Positions 60,774-64,000 of a stretch of 64,000 nucleotides of DNA are shown one piece after another. Origin of the DNA: Balanoglossus misakiensis (taxonomy: Eukaryota > Animalia > Hemichordata); NCBI GenBank assembly GCA_040954595.2, contig CM082576.2, forward strand, positions 8,559,129-8,623,128. The letters run 5' to 3'. How positions within the stretch are numbered: the stretch's first letter is position 1; the number at the start of each line of letters is the position of its first letter. The notes under the pieces were generated by a model. The model was not told the DNA's origin, made no database searches, and saw only the letters and a list, made by a program, of their open reading frames with translations. A program made the position numbers and the translations under genes.

Positions 60774-63700
60774 AGAAGTGTATTTTGGTAGATACATGTA
60801 CCATCAAGAGTACCACTTTAGTCACGTGACTAGGTTCTTAAAACTATTTTCAGTGAATGCTTTAAGTGCACTATTTTATAATGTGACACTATTAATACAA
60901 CCACTTAACATCATAGGCCAATTGTCAAATATGACTTTAGGCGACAGCTTTGATATATATATTGTCTATAAGCGCCAGCACTCTCAGTAAGAATTTATCC
61001 AGCCATATTGGATTTCATACCAAAACAAGATAGGAAAGTTTATTACATTGTGTACTACTTGATTTCGACTTATTTACCATGTATGTAAACGTATATTGCG
61101 TGTGTGTGTGCGTGCGTGCACGCGCGTGTATCAATCTTTGTGAATACATGTATAGACCGATAGATAAATATACACCAAACATAGATAGATGCGATAGGAT
61201 ATTGATCGTTTTCCCGAGTGTGGGATCACTGTCATCTGCAAAACTATAAATTATACTTATAACTCGCCACCATCCTGTTGCCTTTTGGTCTGGCGCAGTA
61301 GTAGATTATATTGGATTCAACACGAATTCGACCCTGTCGCACATTGACTTAATAGATCCATCAATTGTGTTTGATAGCCACACAGAAAATCGTCAGTGGA
61401 TTAACCCTGTCTACATGATCAGATAATTTCCTTTTTTCCGGCGGTGGCTGTCACCACTGCTCTACAATTCGACGCAAATCCCTCCACTAGCGCTGCAATG
61501 CGCAGTCGCGCGCACCAGGCTTCTGCCTGTAATATAGTGGATTCAGCAGGTGTGCTGTTGACAATTGCCTATGTCGCTGGAATTAAACAGGGGGACACAA
61601 AGTGATTTGTAATATAGTAGCATCCGCGCAGCTACGTCGTAATAGCCACACCTTCCAAAAATCTTTCACTGCATGTATGCTATCTGGAATTAGTATCTTG
61701 GAAAATAACTCGCTACTTTTTAACCACGGCAACAGCATTTGTAGTAGCATATCGCACAGCTCGTTTATTCTCAATCCCGTATCGCTTTAAATTTTCCACA
61801 CGAGATGAGATATGTGATCTAAAGTCCGTTTGCGATCTATATCGTCAACTGCACGGAGTTCAAAATGGGATGATCAGTCAATCCCTTGATCGCCCGAGAC
61901 CCACAATAAAGGATCACTACTAAACACAGTGGGTGAAAATAGCCATTGATATAATAGCAAGAGTTAGAAGATTTTCACTTCGGACGTTATTGATGGCAGA
62001 CATCCCCAGCTAGACTAATTTTGCTGAAATCAGATTAGAGATCGATTTTGTGGAAGCAAGATATATTGAGGTCTGCGAACAGCCTGATGAAGTAAGTTAC
62101 GATTAGGGAAGTTTGAGGGAAGTTCGGATGCCTGATCGGGTGGAATGGACGAGCGGATGTCTACCGCCTGGTTGAAGCGCGGGTAACCAAGACAACGGAA
62201 GAAGTAAATGCCCCCTCTACCGCCCAAATGCGAAAAGTGCCCCTTTAAGTACGAAATACGCTCTGGATTGTTTTTCGCGATTTCCACAAAGACCTATTTT
62301 GCATGAACGATCACGAGTGACCTGTGTCTCCACGTGACGGTGTTATGAAATGAACATGGCCAGAACTCCTTATTAAAACAGCTGAATCTGGAAATAAACA
62401 CTTGTGCGAGGCATTGTCAAAACTTCTTGGATGTTGCGAATGACATGAAAGTGCCATTACGAAGTCCATTAAAAAACGACTTTCTATATCATCCACATCA
62501 CTTGAGCTCGAGATTGGGGGTGAAAAATGAAAAGCGGCTGTCAAGGTTTCGCTCCTTTGTGGTTGTTAAAACAAGCGATCGTCAACACGTTGTGGCCGAT
62601 TATAAGAGCGTATTCGAGTGATTGTATACAAAGTACGAAGATGATAGGAGCCAGCCCGCCGGTCTCACGCGACCACTGTTCGAGTGTAATGACGAGAAAG
62701 ACAAGCGGCATTCATCTCTCGACGGTCTGTGGAGACTCCAATCAAACCCGTATCCTCCCATTTCACTTCGCTCCATCTCACAACAACGGGAGCACCGTGC
62801 CAGTAATTGGGGGTATTTCCAAATATGATTAGGGCCTTCCTCCTTTGATGGGACGCCACCTTTAAAAAAAAAACCACTCCCTGCGGTGTTTGACATTTTT
62901 AATTGAGACTGATGGCTTGTTCGTAAAGTGTTCCCATCTGTGTAAGAACAAGCTTAACCTCCCTTGTAAAGTCATCCATATCCGCCAAACAGCAGTGCGT
63001 AAAAAAACCCTAATGACGTCCCCCGAACAGATTTCTTTTTTGTTTTCCCTCATGTGATCGTAAGATCGTGATGGATGTCTGACAAGAGATCATCCCTTAT
63101 TTGAGCTATTTTCCTTTCATTAATGACAAAACACAAAAAGGCACAAAACAAAATCAACACGACGACTCCGATGGGTGTTATAAAATCGACCGTGTGTTAT
63201 TTTATAATTAATAAGTTATCAACACTGAACAAACAGATTCGCCGCTATTAATCACCCCGGTGTCTGGCTAGTTACCTGTCTCAGGTACATTGATTGATTT
63301 CTGCTCAATCCGCGTAGAGTATGTGAAAAAGGGGGAAACCGCAGCGGCCATCGCTGTCAGTTGCAAGACGGCGATTTGGTTATGGTCGTGGTCAATTTCA
63401 ACCGAGTGTGCTCGTTCGGGATACAGGCCAAGGAATTGTGAACTGCACATACGACGGCACATTTACAACACTTCCGAGAGGTGTGTCGTGTGTTTTTTTC
63501 AATTGATTGTTAAATATTTGGAGTTTACATTTGTTTAGTTTGCCGTGTCACCAGATCCTTATCTGCGGAGGAAGGGAGATTTTGTTTCTAAATTTAGAAA
63601 TTTGACGCAATCTTTTTTTTTTTTCTGGTGTGCGTAGGTGTTCATAATTGTGAATCAAGCATATATTATATGCGAGTCCCAAGCTTAGCTTTATTCTTGC

Positions 63701-63864
63701 AATTTTGTTGGCGGGAGCAGGATCGAGAACGTCACACTACTTAAAAGGAAAATCTAGCATCGTGTACGTATATTACATTCCTTCTTGTTGTTGTTTTGTG
63801 CAAGGTGTAGGTACACGCGTAGTTGCTGCCTGTCCGGAAAAAAAGAGGATACGCGATTTCAAGG

Positions 63865-64000
63865 AAACTGACATCAGCGCCGCTCTGCGTTACCAAGCAA
63901 CAGTGGATACAACCGACAGATCCAATTCATTCATTAGGTCCATACGTCATCGTGGGGCTTTCTTACGTCACGCGCCCCCCGCGCCAATCCTGTTTCGCGG
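63865..64000. promoter_or_regulatory. Promoter-like motif cluster at the window edge
   Basis: TGACATCA, two TACGTCA (CRE-like) sites, a GC-rich CGCGCCCCCCGCG and CCAAT within about 130 bp. Confidence 0.4.

Overview
This is eukaryotic (animal) genomic DNA with GT-AG introns, microsatellites and MITEs. An invertebrate bilaterian is inferred from the repeat style and the CpG-poor gene bodies set against CpG-rich intergenic DNA; the species is not determined. Left to right, the window holds: a tRNA-His(GUG) gene (2435-2506); a 6-coding-exon C2H2 zinc-finger gene on + (3437-8379, about 694 aa by manual splicing) with an N-terminal RRKQxxP motif and a DHNY motif; a convergent 23-coding-exon PPP4R4 gene on - (44648-13963, about 871 aa) with a variable 3' region that includes a duplicated exon; and about 19 kb of CpG-rich non-coding DNA (45-64 kb). 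That last stretch has motif clusters, an intact 1216-bp non-autonomous transposon with ~100-bp TIRs and a 9-bp TSD, and a promoter-like edge at the far right. Exon models were assembled by hand from splice signals, frame continuity and recalled similarity to human PPP4R4; no search was run. I see no clearly new multi-gene system. The best leads are the dual-cofactor zinc-finger protein, the PPP4R4 C-terminal exon cassette, the RFX X-boxes at the PPP4R4 promoter and the Mutator-like element.
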